From positions 106,802 through 170,801 of the IMG/VR virus record IMGVR_UViG_3300030060_007423: 64,000 nucleotides of DNA. One strand, given 5' to 3'. The first letter of the stretch is position 1. Each line of letters begins with the position of its first letter. Below the pieces are notes generated by a model. It had not been told where the DNA came from. It did not search any database and was given only the letters and a program-made list of their open reading frames with translations. The translations under genes were made by a program, and so were the position numbers. The stretch is from a virus. Below are positions 9,489 to 18,386 of the stretch, one piece after another.

Positions 9489-10094
9489 ATGAATAAAATA
9501 GATAGAAATAAATTAAATCCAAACAAGGTTGTTGGATTTACAGCAGGAAATTTTGACCTACTACATCCAGGTTATATTTATACATTTGAAGACGCAAGAA
9601 AACATTGTGATCACTTCATTGTATTTTTACAGAGAGACCCTTCAGCAACACGGTTTACTAAATATAAACCTGTGATACCATTGTATGAAAGATATAGGGC
9701 ATTGATGTCAATACAATATATTGATGAAGTATACATTTATCAAACTGAGGAGGAACTTTATGAATTAATTAAATTCTTCAAACCAGATGTAAGAATCCTT
9801 GGAGAAGATTATATTGGTAAACCTTGCACAGGAGATGATCTTCCTCCAAAAATTATTTATACAAGTAGAGCTCATGGTTGGTCAACAACTAAGTTAAAGG
9901 ATTTAATTACAAAGCAAACTGTAAAACAAAATCCAGATATACTTAATAATGAAAAAGATGAAGAAGACATGAGTGATGAGGTTGATAGAGAAGCAGAATG
10001 GTTAATTGACCAACATAATAGAAATAGACCAGCTGAAGAACATATTGATAACATTGATGATTTGCCACAGAATAATCAAGCATTTGGAGATTAA
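9489..10094 (+). CDS. Cytidylyltransferase family protein (glycerol-3-phosphate cytidylyltransferase-like)
   Basis: GFTAGNFDLLHPGY, KPVIPLYER, YIDEV, ILGEDY, RAHGWSTT. Confidence 0.85.
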   Translation: MNKIDRNKLNPNKVVGFTAGNFDLLHPGYIYTFEDARKHCDHFIVFLQRDPSATRFTKYKPVIPLYERYRALMSIQYIDEVYIYQTEEELYELIKFFKPDVRILGEDYIGKPCTGDDLPPKIIYTSRAHGWSTTKLKDLITKQTVKQNPDILNNEKDEEDMSDEVDREAEWLIDQHNRNRPAEEHIDNIDDLPQNNQAFGD

Positions 10095-10096
10095 TT

Positions 10097-10420
10097 ATGA
10101 AACATCCGTATTATGACAGTGATAGAAAAAAGAGAACAGAAAGATTTGCAATGGCAGCATGTTCCTTTAGCATAATTGGAATAGTTATCTTAATGATAGT
10201 TGCTTCATTCCTAAATTCTTGTAAAGATGCTCCAGAACCAACATTAGGCGATTTTCTTTCAGGTGATGAAAAAAATTTATTAGATACATTACAATCTATA
10301 ATACCAAATGGTGTTGGAATAATTGAATATGAAGATGGTACATGTGATAGTATAAGATACACTGAATCTGATGAAGATGTAAAGTGGATTGGAAATGATG
10401 GGGTAGAGTTTTATGATTAA
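10097..10420 (+). CDS. Membrane-anchored/lipoprotein-like hypothetical protein
   Basis: Hydrophobic segment ending LNSC (lipobox-like). Confidence 0.5.
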   Translation: MKHPYYDSDRKKRTERFAMAACSFSIIGIVILMIVASFLNSCKDAPEPTLGDFLSGDEKNLLDTLQSIIPNGVGIIEYEDGTCDSIRYTESDEDVKWIGNDGVEFYD

Positions 10421-10570
10421 AAAGACATGGGCAAACATATTATTTGTTTTAGCTTGTATTATAACAATACCAGTAGCAATAGGAATGACAGTATTTTTAT
10501 GGGTACTTGGTTCAGTTGCAATAGTATTGTCATCAATATTAACAACAATAGAAACATTAAGGAATAAGAA

Positions 10571-10789
10571 ATGAAAGTACATATTTACATACATAGAGAT
10601 GATGCAGCCACTGAAACTCTTGACCCTAAAACATATTGCATAAATCAACCTCCACAATACACTGAAGGTAAAAGTGATTATGTAATGGTTTCAATAACAA
10701 CAGACGAGTTTTGTGAGTTGGAAGATATGAGAGGTGATGCGACAGTTCAGGGCGACATATTAGATTCTGAAAAGCTACAGAATATTTAA
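10571..10789 (+). CDS. Hypothetical protein
   Basis: 72-aa ORF in a + strand gene train. Confidence 0.45.
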   Translation: MKVHIYIHRDDAATETLDPKTYCINQPPQYTEGKSDYVMVSITTDEFCELEDMRGDATVQGDILDSEKLQNI

Positions 10790-10923
10790 CAATAGATTAA
10801 CATTAGATTAATATAATTGTAGCATATTTTCTATATTTATTAATATGGAAACCAAAAAACTTGATATAACTCCTGCAATTTATGTAACAATAATGATTGT
10901 TGTATTCCTATTAGCACTCTAAT

Positions 10924-11001
10924 TGTTAATAACTTTTTTAGCTTTTTTTAGAAAAAAGTCTCCCAAAAATTTTTTTTTCCCAATAATTCTAGTTATATTT
11001 A
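10924..11001 (+). promoter_or_regulatory. TGTTAATAAC box + CCCAA-N8-GTTATATTTA promoter
   Basis: TGTTAATAAC 10924-10933; CCCAA 10979-10983; GTTATATTTA 10992-11001. Confidence 0.7.
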
Positions 11002-11029
11002 TATATAAATAATTGATAATACTAAAACT

Positions 11030-11485
11030 ATGATAATATACATTGACTTAGACGGTGTACTTGCTGACTTTCAAAAGGCTGCATCACAACATCCAGATTA
11101 TGGAACAAAAGGTTTCAGACCAGATTTAACATTAGATTTTTCTAAATTTGATATAATTCCTGGAGCAAAAGATGCGGTAAAACAAATACTAGATATGGGA
11201 CATGATGTTTATATTGCAAGCACGGCTCCTTGGGACAATCCAAATGCTTGGACTCAGAAGAGAGAATGGGTAGGAAAAAACTTTCCAGAACTAAAAAGAA
11301 AAGTATTTTTAACTCACCACAAAAACCTGCTTAAAGGTGACATTCTTATTGATGATTCAACATACAGAGGACAAACTGAGTTTGAAGGAGAATTTATGAA
11401 GTTTGACCCTAGCATTGGTTACGATTGGGATTTCATGGTTAAGTCAATTGATAATATGACTAAGTTGTTAAAAATAATTTGTTAA
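11030..11485 (+). CDS. 5'(3')-deoxyribonucleotidase (NT5C, HAD family)
   Basis: IYIDLDGVLADF, IASTAPW, KREWV, LKGDILIDD. Confidence 0.9.
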   Translation: MIIYIDLDGVLADFQKAASQHPDYGTKGFRPDLTLDFSKFDIIPGAKDAVKQILDMGHDVYIASTAPWDNPNAWTQKREWVGKNFPELKRKVFLTHHKNLLKGDILIDDSTYRGQTEFEGEFMKFDPSIGYDWDFMVKSIDNMTKLLKIIC

Positions 11486-11545
11486 TAACTTTTATAAAAA
11501 AGTTGTGAAAATAGTTTTTTTTCCCAATAATTCTAGTTATATTTA
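11480..11545 (+). promoter_or_regulatory. TGTTAATAAC box + CCCAA-N8-GTTATATTTA promoter
   Basis: TGTTAATAAC 11480-11489; CCCAA 11523-11527; GTTATATTTA 11536-11545. Confidence 0.7.
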
Positions 11546-11581
11546 TATATAACAAATTGGTAATAATAATAAATACTAAAT

Positions 11582-11923
11582 ATGAAAATAGATAAATCTA
11601 TCGCTACAAAGTTCAGAGCAGACTTTCAGAAAACTGTTCAAAAGTTAGAAAAAAAATACGGAATGAGAATCTCTTTAGGTAACATTCGCTATGATTCAGA
11701 AGAATTAAAGAGTACTTTGACAGCAATATCTGTTAAAGGTGGTGGTACCAAAAGACTTTCAATGTCTGATATATTTATTGGTGACAAGGTTTTGATTAAC
11801 CACAGAAAAACTAAAGGTCAATCATTTGAAGTTACTAAGAAAGCAATCAAGAATGTACAAGTTCAAAACACAAAAACTGGTGAAAGGTTTACTGTAGCGC
11901 CAAGTTTATTAATTAAAATATAA
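11582..11923 (+). CDS. Hypothetical basic protein (C-terminal SH3/KOW-like barrel possible)
   Basis: 113-aa ORF after promoter; IGDKVLI pattern. Confidence 0.55.
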   Translation: MKIDKSIATKFRADFQKTVQKLEKKYGMRISLGNIRYDSEELKSTLTAISVKGGGTKRLSMSDIFIGDKVLINHRKTKGQSFEVTKKAIKNVQVQNTKTGERFTVAPSLLIKI

Positions 11924-11926
11924 TAT

Positions 11927-13207
11927 ATGAAAGAATTAAAGCAGTTTATAGATGAAATGAAAAATACTTCTTCACTTAATGAAAAGAAGAAGATTATTGA
12001 AAAGTACAAAGACAATAAATTTATTATGAAGGTTATACAATATACTTATGACCCTTATAAGAAATACAATGTCACAAGTAAAAATTGTAAAAAGCTCTCT
12101 CATATTTGTGATGAAGATTGTGGATTTGTAGATTTGTTTGAATTGTTAGATGATTTAGATAATAGAACTTATACAGGACATGATGCAATTGCAATGGTTA
12201 ATGGATATATCTTTCAGAATTCAGATTATGAAGATGTAATTTTTGGTATCATTGACAGAAATATTGAGATTCGTGCAAATGCCAGTGTATTCAATAAAAT
12301 AATTCCAGGACTTGTACCAACATTTGATGTTGCATTAGCAACTAAATATGAATCAAGATTTTGTGATTTTGATAATGAAGAGTGGTATGCAAGTAGAAAA
12401 CTTGACGGTGTAAGATGTATTGTTAGAAAGGATGGAGATACTATTAAAGCTTACTCACGAGCTGGTAATGAATTCACAACTTTACAAAAAGTATTGGATG
12501 ATGTAAAGTTAATGCCTGGTGATTTTGTATTAGATGGTGAGATTTGTATGATGGATGAAAATGGCAATGAAGATTTTCAAGGTATCATGAAACAAATCAA
12601 AAAGAAGAATCATACTATTGAAAATCCAAAATTTGTTATATTTGATTACTTAAGTCTTAGTGAATTTGATAATAAAACTAGCCAAATGATTTTATCAGAA
12701 AGACTTAATGAACTCAAAGGAGAAATTCCACATGATGGGTATTATGATTACTTAACTTTACTTCCTCAGCAACTTGTAAATAGTGAAGAAGAACTTTTAG
12801 AGATGACAGCTGAAGCTGAAACCAATGGTTATGAAGGAGTTATGTTAAGAAAGAATGTTGGTTATGAAGGTAAGAGAAGCAAAAATCTTTTGAAATGTAA
12901 AAAATTCCATGATGCAGAATATAAAGTTATGGGAGCTACCAATGGAGATATTAGAATTATTGAAGATGGAAAAGAAAAGACAATAAATTGTTTGAGTATG
13001 ATTACAATAAATCATAAAGGAACTCAAGTTGGTGTTGGTTCAGGATTTAATTTTGACCAAAGAAAAGAATTTGGAAAGGATCACAGTAAAATTTTAGGTA
13101 AGACAATTACCGTACAATATTTTGAAGAAAGTAAAAATCAATTTGGAGAATACTCATTGAGATTTCCAGTAATTAAACATATATTTGAAAATGGAAGAAA
13201 TGTCTAA
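11927..13207 (+). CDS. lig: ATP-dependent DNA ligase
   Basis: RKLDGVR (motif I), VLDGEI (III), FDYL (IIIa), YEGVMLR (IV), LLKCK (V), SLRFP (VI). Confidence 0.95.
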   Translation: MKELKQFIDEMKNTSSLNEKKKIIEKYKDNKFIMKVIQYTYDPYKKYNVTSKNCKKLSHICDEDCGFVDLFELLDDLDNRTYTGHDAIAMVNGYIFQNSDYEDVIFGIIDRNIEIRANASVFNKIIPGLVPTFDVALATKYESRFCDFDNEEWYASRKLDGVRCIVRKDGDTIKAYSRAGNEFTTLQKVLDDVKLMPGDFVLDGEICMMDENGNEDFQGIMKQIKKKNHTIENPKFVIFDYLSLSEFDNKTSQMILSERLNELKGEIPHDGYYDYLTLLPQQLVNSEEELLEMTAEAETNGYEGVMLRKNVGYEGKRSKNLLKCKKFHDAEYKVMGATNGDIRIIEDGKEKTINCLSMITINHKGTQVGVGSGFNFDQRKEFGKDHSKILGKTITVQYFEESKNQFGEYSLRFPVIKHIFENGRNV

Positions 13208-13208
13208 T

Positions 13209-13727
13209 ATGAAGATAGCATACCTACATGGATTAGAAAGTAAAGTTGGTGGACCAAAAGTAGATTGGTTAATGAGTCTTGGTCATAAAGTTATATTTCC
13301 AAAAATGGACTATAGTGATGTAAATGAGTTTAGAGATACACTCCACCTTTTAGAAATGTATAAGCCAGATTTAATTATTGGTTCAAGTATGGGTGGTTGG
13401 TTTGCATGGAATATTGGAAAGATATTAAAAGTTCCAGTATTATTGTACAATCCTGCAATACTTGCACCTACATTAATTGATGTACCATTATGGGACAGTA
13501 AAGTATTTTTGGCATTAGGTACAAGTGATGAAGTAATAAATCCTAATCAAACAATTAAGTTATTGAACATGATTGATAAACATGATTTCAATATGAACAA
13601 TGTTTGGAAAGGTCCACATGGACATCAAACTCCACTCGATGTATTTCAATCAGCATTTTTATATTTTCAAAACAATATAAAAGCAAATATTAATCTATAT
13701 AAAAGACATAAACATGATAAAATATAA
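13209..13727 (+). CDS. YqiA/UPF0227-like alpha/beta hydrolase
   Basis: YLHGLES, IGSSMGG nucleophile elbow, LYNPA, DEVI, C-terminal His. Confidence 0.85.
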   Translation: MKIAYLHGLESKVGGPKVDWLMSLGHKVIFPKMDYSDVNEFRDTLHLLEMYKPDLIIGSSMGGWFAWNIGKILKVPVLLYNPAILAPTLIDVPLWDSKVFLALGTSDEVINPNQTIKLLNMIDKHDFNMNNVWKGPHGHQTPLDVFQSAFLYFQNNIKANINLYKRHKHDKI

Positions 13728-14019
13728 AGGAATTGCTCCACCAACATTTATGGAATTAAATGGTAAAAATTATTTAATGCCAGGTTTTACAGAAGTACCA
13801 CATTCGTGCGGTGTACACAACTGGAATGATTACATTGTTTGGGAAAGAATTGAAAGTAAAGATTCTCCAAGTGATAAGTGGACAGTTGAAAGTTCATCAA
13901 CAGCTGGAATATTTTACACTGTGAAAAAAGTTGGAGAAAATTATGAATGTGATTGTCCTGGCTATAGGTTTAGAAGAAAAGAATGTAGACACATTAGGGG
14001 AATAAAAGAGTCAGTATAA
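13714..14019 (+). CDS. SWIM zinc-finger protein
   Basis: YECDCPGYRFRRKECRHI. Confidence 0.8.
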   Translation: MIKYKGIAPPTFMELNGKNYLMPGFTEVPHSCGVHNWNDYIVWERIESKDSPSDKWTVESSSTAGIFYTVKKVGENYECDCPGYRFRRKECRHIRGIKESV

Positions 14020-14056
14020 ATCACAAATTGAATGTATAACTTAATATTTATAATAA

Positions 14057-14368
14057 ATGGAGAACTTTAATATGTTTAACTTTAATTCAGATAATGACAA
14101 ATATGACGAAGTTGATTTACAAGATATCTTATATCAACTAAGAGGTGATGCAATGGAAAGAGGATTTGAAATTGTAATGGAAGAAGGAATTTCTGGATTA
14201 AGAGACTTAGGAAGTAATAAACCAAGGTTAATAGTAGAAAAAATGATAAAGTACTATTCACAGCCCGACATTGAGGAATATGAAAAGTGCGCCGAACTCG
14301 TTAAATTGTTACGTAATGACAAAATCAAAGAAGCAACGCTACCACAGAACATATCTAAAACTAGCTAA
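14057..14368 (+). CDS. Hypothetical protein with UvrB/UvrC (UVR)-like motif
   Basis: EEYEKCAELVKL. Confidence 0.55.
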   Translation: MENFNMFNFNSDNDKYDEVDLQDILYQLRGDAMERGFEIVMEEGISGLRDLGSNKPRLIVEKMIKYYSQPDIEEYEKCAELVKLLRNDKIKEATLPQNISKTS

Positions 14369-14738
14369 AGAGTGGTCCAAACTTTCTCATGCAAAGAGAA
14401 TGCAAGTTGGAGCCATTATGGTTAAAGATGGAATGATAATTTCAGACGGGTACAATGGTACTCCATCAGGATTTAATAATTCTTGTGAAGATAGTGAAGG
14501 CAATACAAAACCAGAAGTATTACATGCAGAGGCCAATGCAATACTTAAGTGTGCAAAACATGGTACAAGTTGCGAAGGTGCAACATTATACATCACATTA
14601 AGTCCATGTCAAGATTGTGCAAAATTAATTCATCAAGCAGGTATTAAAGAAGTAATCTATGAAGATGAATATAGATATGGAAATGGCTTAGAATTCCTAA
14701 AAAAATGTGGTGTCAATGTTAAAAAAATAGCAAAATAA
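14316..14738 (+). CDS. dCMP deaminase (start reassigned to ATG 14316)
   Basis: VGAIMV, DGYNGTPSG, HAEANA, SPCQDC. Confidence 0.93.
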   Translation: MTKSKKQRYHRTYLKLAKEWSKLSHAKRMQVGAIMVKDGMIISDGYNGTPSGFNNSCEDSEGNTKPEVLHAEANAILKCAKHGTSCEGATLYITLSPCQDCAKLIHQAGIKEVIYEDEYRYGNGLEFLKKCGVNVKKIAK

Positions 14739-14747
14739 TTTTTTTAT

Positions 14748-14770
14748 ATCAAAAAAAATGGTTATATTAA
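14748..14770 (+). promoter_or_regulatory. Phage promoter, YCAA-N8-GTTATATT class
   Basis: ATCAA-aaaaaatg-GTTATATTAA. Confidence 0.55.
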
Positions 14771-14792
14771 TTAAAAATTTAGAATAAAAGTT

Positions 14793-15167
14793 ATGATAAA
14801 CGAGAGAAGATACGAACAGTTTAAGAAGTACAAAAGAACAGTATTAAGAATGTTTCCACATGCAGAGACAAAGATAAGACCAAATGGCAAATTTACTGTT
14901 GAAGATGGCTTTGGTAGATGTATATTAAGACATTACCCTGATGTTGCAATGTGTGACAATATTTTCAATGCATGGAAAAATATTACAATTGTAAAGCATT
15001 GGGATAGAATTGAACAACGAAACATTAAGAAGTCAAGAATTGATGTTAAAAATGTTGTAGGAAATACATCAAACATGCCAAGAAAAGAAGGCTGGGAGTA
15101 TCAAGATAATAATATATCAAATACTGGAGAAGTATATGATGAAGCAAATCAATATTCAAACGATTAA
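14793..15167 (+). CDS. Hypothetical protein
   Basis: 124-aa ORF after promoter. Confidence 0.55.
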   Translation: MINERRYEQFKKYKRTVLRMFPHAETKIRPNGKFTVEDGFGRCILRHYPDVAMCDNIFNAWKNITIVKHWDRIEQRNIKKSRIDVKNVVGNTSNMPRKEGWEYQDNNISNTGEVYDEANQYSND

Positions 15168-15184
15168 AAATAGGAGAAATAGTT

Positions 15185-15400
15185 ATGAAAATGTATTATG
15201 TAGCAAATGTAAGGTTTACAGACGATAGTCGTAAAGGTGCAAAACAATTTACCAAAGAATTTTTAGTAGAAGCAGTAAGTATCACAGATGCTGAAACAAC
15301 TCTCACAAAAGCATTAAGAGAGGAAGGTACTGTTTTAGACTTTGAGGTCAGAGGTATAAGAGCAAGTAGAGTTGAAGAAGTTTATGCAAAACCTGAATAA
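15185..15400 (+). CDS. DUF4494-like protein
   Basis: YYVANVRF...KEFLVEAVSITDAE resembles the Bacteroidota DUF4494 motif YLVDALSFTEAE. Confidence 0.65.
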   Translation: MKMYYVANVRFTDDSRKGAKQFTKEFLVEAVSITDAETTLTKALREEGTVLDFEVRGIRASRVEEVYAKPE

Positions 15401-15507
15401 TAGAATTGAAATAGAAATGTCAAATGTAACTGTTAAAGATTTTAACAATTGGCATGAAGGACTAAGTCCAATAGAATTATGGATGTATAATAAATTAATA
15501 AATAAAA

Positions 15508-15894
15508 ATGGCAAAGAAAAGTAAATATCAGAGAAGACGAGCTATCGAATGTAAGATAGTCGAAAAGAGTAAAAAGAATCCAGGTTATTGTAAGTATGAT
15601 ATTACAATACAGGAATTGGATGGAAAAGTACATACTCAACCAGCTTATGGTACAGATATGCAAGATGCATTATCCAGATTAATGAATACAGAAAGAACAA
15701 CAAAGATAGAAAAGAAATTAGAGAAAAATCCTTTAATATTCTTTCTTATGTGGTTAGGACTTATGGCATTGCCAGTTATATGGCATGGTGATATAACATA
15801 TACTCCTTGGTTTATATTGTATATGTTTGCTAGTTTTGCTGCAATGTTTTTATTCGCAGGATTGTGGCAAAGTTATTTGGAAAAGGGAAAGTAA
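15508..15894 (+). CDS. Membrane protein (two C-terminal TM helices)
   Basis: PAYGTDMQDALSRL then two hydrophobic segments. Confidence 0.6.
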   Translation: MAKKSKYQRRRAIECKIVEKSKKNPGYCKYDITIQELDGKVHTQPAYGTDMQDALSRLMNTERTTKIEKKLEKNPLIFFLMWLGLMALPVIWHGDITYTPWFILYMFASFAAMFLFAGLWQSYLEKGK

Positions 15895-16208
15895 TGAATT
15901 ATGTTCCAATACCTAAAGGTGCTGAGCCACCAATGTTGAGATTTGAAACGGATATGGAGTTTCATCAAGAATTATCAAAGTATGAACATGAAATTCATAT
16001 TAGAACATTATATGCAATTCAATACGCATATGATACAAATTTTGAAGATGATGTAACAATTGCATTTATGAATGATGAAGAGACTATACTAAGTGTACCA
16101 AAGGATTGTTGGAAAGAAAATCTAGAGAATACACTTAAGTATTTTATTGATATAGAAGATTACAAAAAATGTAAAGAAGTACAACAATTAATGGATAAAG
16201 TAAAATGA
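15894..16208 (+). CDS. Hypothetical protein with C-terminal UVR-like motif
   Basis: YFIDIEDYKKCKEVQQL; start ATG 15894 overlapping upstream stop. Confidence 0.55.
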   Translation: MNYVPIPKGAEPPMLRFETDMEFHQELSKYEHEIHIRTLYAIQYAYDTNFEDDVTIAFMNDEETILSVPKDCWKENLENTLKYFIDIEDYKKCKEVQQLMDKVK

Positions 16209-16510
16209 AATTGGATATTAACAAAATTGATTTAGACCAATTGGCTCATGATTTTAGAATGGAAAGTATAAAGTGGTATGATAAAGAATACTTTATATGG
16301 TTTGTCAAATCAGTGGTATTATGTAGAGATGTAAAGCAAACAGGTGTACCGTTTAGGCGAATGTACAAGAATGCTAATAACTTTATGTTAGTTAAAGATA
16401 AGAATACAGCTCTTCTTGATTATAGAAATAAAGGTCAAGATAACTGGGATTGTATACCTACACATCTTTTACATGGTGAAAAATATTATTTGTGTTGGAC
16501 ATATGAGTAG
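16205..16510 (+). CDS. Hypothetical protein
   Basis: Overlapping-coupled ORF. Confidence 0.5.
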   Translation: MKLDINKIDLDQLAHDFRMESIKWYDKEYFIWFVKSVVLCRDVKQTGVPFRRMYKNANNFMLVKDKNTALLDYRNKGQDNWDCIPTHLLHGEKYYLCWTYE

Positions 16511-16781
16511 ACGGGATAGATTTTATATTGTAATTAAGTGGCATTACAACCCAACAACAAATGAAGTAGGTAAAAGAAAAAAGCTACCAGTGTTGATGAT
16601 GGATTCAGATGGTAACCCGTTAGAGTTTGATACATTAACATCGGCAGAAGAATTTACAGAGATTATGAACTTCAATACTAATCAAGGATTTCATTATGAG
16701 ATACGAGAATTAGGAAAGAAGTACTTAAAGGTCAATAACAATAGTAGTAACAATGATGGATTTGATGACAGGTGCGGCTGA
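16503..16781 (+). CDS. Hypothetical protein (start reassigned to ATG 16503)
   Basis: MSRRDRFY...; overlaps upstream stop. Confidence 0.5.
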   Translation: MSRRDRFYIVIKWHYNPTTNEVGKRKKLPVLMMDSDGNPLEFDTLTSAEEFTEIMNFNTNQGFHYEIRELGKKYLKVNNNSSNNDGFDDRCG

Positions 16782-16823
16782 CCCCCGCCCGGCCCGGCGA
16801 AGTTCGCACATGCGATGTCGCAC
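16782..16823. repeat. GC-rich element, left arm of a long-range inverted repeat (partner 23318-23362)
   Basis: GCGAAGTTCGCACATGCGATGTCGCAC (16797-16823) vs reverse complement of 23318-23343, GCGAAGTCTCACATGCGATGCGGCAC. Confidence 0.7.
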
Positions 16824-16897
16824 ATCAAACCCTAACCAGAAAATTGCCTTTACAAGTTATCAACAACTTTACAAGGCCAGACAAGGAGCAACAAATT

Positions 16898-17119
16898 ATG
16901 GCATGGGAAGATTTTTGGTGGGATATAACAAAAGAAATAGAAGAGTTGGGAATCAAACGAGATTTTGACAAACAACTCAAAAAAATGGATATGCAAGACA
17001 AACACAAGTATCGTGACACACGGGACAGATGGAGTTATGCACTTGACAAAGTAAAGAAGAGATTATATGCAAAGCAAAATGGCAAGAAAACACGTAAAGA
17101 TGGCAACAACAAATCATGA
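16898..17119 (+). CDS. Hypothetical protein (start reassigned to ATG 16898)
   Basis: AAGGAG RBS upstream of MAWEDFWWD. Confidence 0.6.
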   Translation: MAWEDFWWDITKEIEELGIKRDFDKQLKKMDMQDKHKYRDTRDRWSYALDKVKKRLYAKQNGKKTRKDGNNKS

Positions 17120-17250
17120 TATAGAACCTTGGGCGAAAGTCCTGATGTTGGAAATCGACCAGTTATTAAAGCGTGATAATAGAGATGTAACAGCCAGTGT
17201 TAGGAAAGACCTGACACGTTTTATAGATTATATAACAAACGGAGACAAAA

Positions 17251-17493
17251 ATGGAAATGACTAAACAAATTATGGACGCCTTGTTGGCAAAGTATGAAGC
17301 AGACAAAATGAGAGCATTCGCTAATCTTCAAAATTATTTGACAAACCCAGCAGGTATTGGAGAACATCCAGATATAGTTGCGGAATGTGATAAACTAGTT
17401 AGTGATATTGATGATGCGATTGGCAAGATAGATACATTAAGACAATTATTTAGTAGTGGTGACCAGGGTGAGCAAAAAGAAGGCAATGAATAA
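17251..17493 (+). CDS. Conserved small phage protein
   Basis: YLTNPAGIGEHPDIV motif common in T4-like phages. Confidence 0.65.
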   Translation: MEMTKQIMDALLAKYEADKMRAFANLQNYLTNPAGIGEHPDIVAECDKLVSDIDDAIGKIDTLRQLFSSGDQGEQKEGNE

Positions 17494-17506
17494 TAGCGAT
17501 AGATAA

Positions 17507-17911
17507 ATGACAGAGAAACAACCAGACAAATTTGTAATACCAGATTGGTGTGTAGCTACATATGATTGGAATAGACTAGATATACGGATAGAATACGAGG
17601 AAGGTATGGTATATCAGTTTCATGGCGTACATCCAGATAGATGGACACAATGGAAGCAGGCTGATGATCCCCTATTCTATTATTATAGACACATCATGAC
17701 GTGTAGATGGACCTGTGAAAGCCATCCCAACTGGTCTCCTGTGTCATTACCGGTAGAAGTGGCAGGAAATGCCAGTGAATCCTCTAGTCAAAGTGATAGT
17801 GAAGCACAAGAGAATCAAATGGCTGAAAAAACTATGAGTGTGACTAGGAAGGAGCCCATTTCTGGCAGTCTGGATGATACTCATGAGCACGACACAAGTG
17901 TGGCAAAGTAA
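17507..17911 (+). CDS. KTSC-domain-like protein with low-complexity tail
   Basis: YDWNRLDIRIEYEEGMVYQFHGV...WKQAD fits the KTSC pattern Y..L.V.F..G..Y.Y..V. Confidence 0.55.
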   Translation: MTEKQPDKFVIPDWCVATYDWNRLDIRIEYEEGMVYQFHGVHPDRWTQWKQADDPLFYYYRHIMTCRWTCESHPNWSPVSLPVEVAGNASESSSQSDSEAQENQMAEKTMSVTRKEPISGSLDDTHEHDTSVAK

Positions 17912-18030
17912 TCGTTAGATAGACTATCCGGCATGGCTAGACTCACGATAAGAGTGATGGATGGTATGTCAGATTTGCCACTGGTCGTGCCACATTGTCA
18001 TGGAAAAAAGTTGTGAAAATATTTTTTTTT

Positions 18031-18053
18031 CCCAATTATTCTAGTTATATTTA
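18031..18053 (+). promoter_or_regulatory. CCCAA-N8-GTTATATTTA promoter
   Basis: CCCAA-ttattcta-GTTATATTTA. Confidence 0.7.
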
Positions 18054-18084
18054 TAGTATAATAATGGTTAAAAAATATAATACT

Positions 18085-18261
18085 ATGAATGAAAAAAATC
18101 ACTTAGAAAATCTTTATGACGTTTATCTTTACTGTCCATCTATCGACTCTGCAAAGGTCTGTACTGTGGAAGCAACTCACTACACTAATGCTAAGACAAA
18201 AGCTTTGGATATGTATCCTGGTTATGTATTGCTTGAGGATCAACTGTCTACACAATGTTAA
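18085..18261 (+). CDS. Small hypothetical protein
   Basis: ATG downstream of promoter (ATG 18064 also possible). Confidence 0.5.
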   Translation: MNEKNHLENLYDVYLYCPSIDSAKVCTVEATHYTNAKTKALDMYPGYVLLEDQLSTQC

Positions 18262-18333
18262 TAACTTTGACAATATTGTTAATAACTTTACGTAAAAGTA
18301 TAGCATAAAACCCAATAAATCTAGTTATATTTA
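18256..18333 (+). promoter_or_regulatory. Two TGTTAATAAC boxes + CCCAA-N8-GTTATATTTA promoter
   Basis: Boxes 18256-18265 and 18277-18286; CCCAA 18311-18315; GTTATATTTA 18324-18333. Confidence 0.7.
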
Positions 18334-18386
18334 TAATATAATTGGTTCGGATAGAAATTAAAAATTAAAACAAAAAAACGTCGCTT

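Noticed and set aside
16753-16968. 71-aa ORF, and the 5' extension of ORF 16772, across the GC-rich element
   Set aside because: Atypical composition; a better start with AGGAG exists at 16898, leaving the element intergenic
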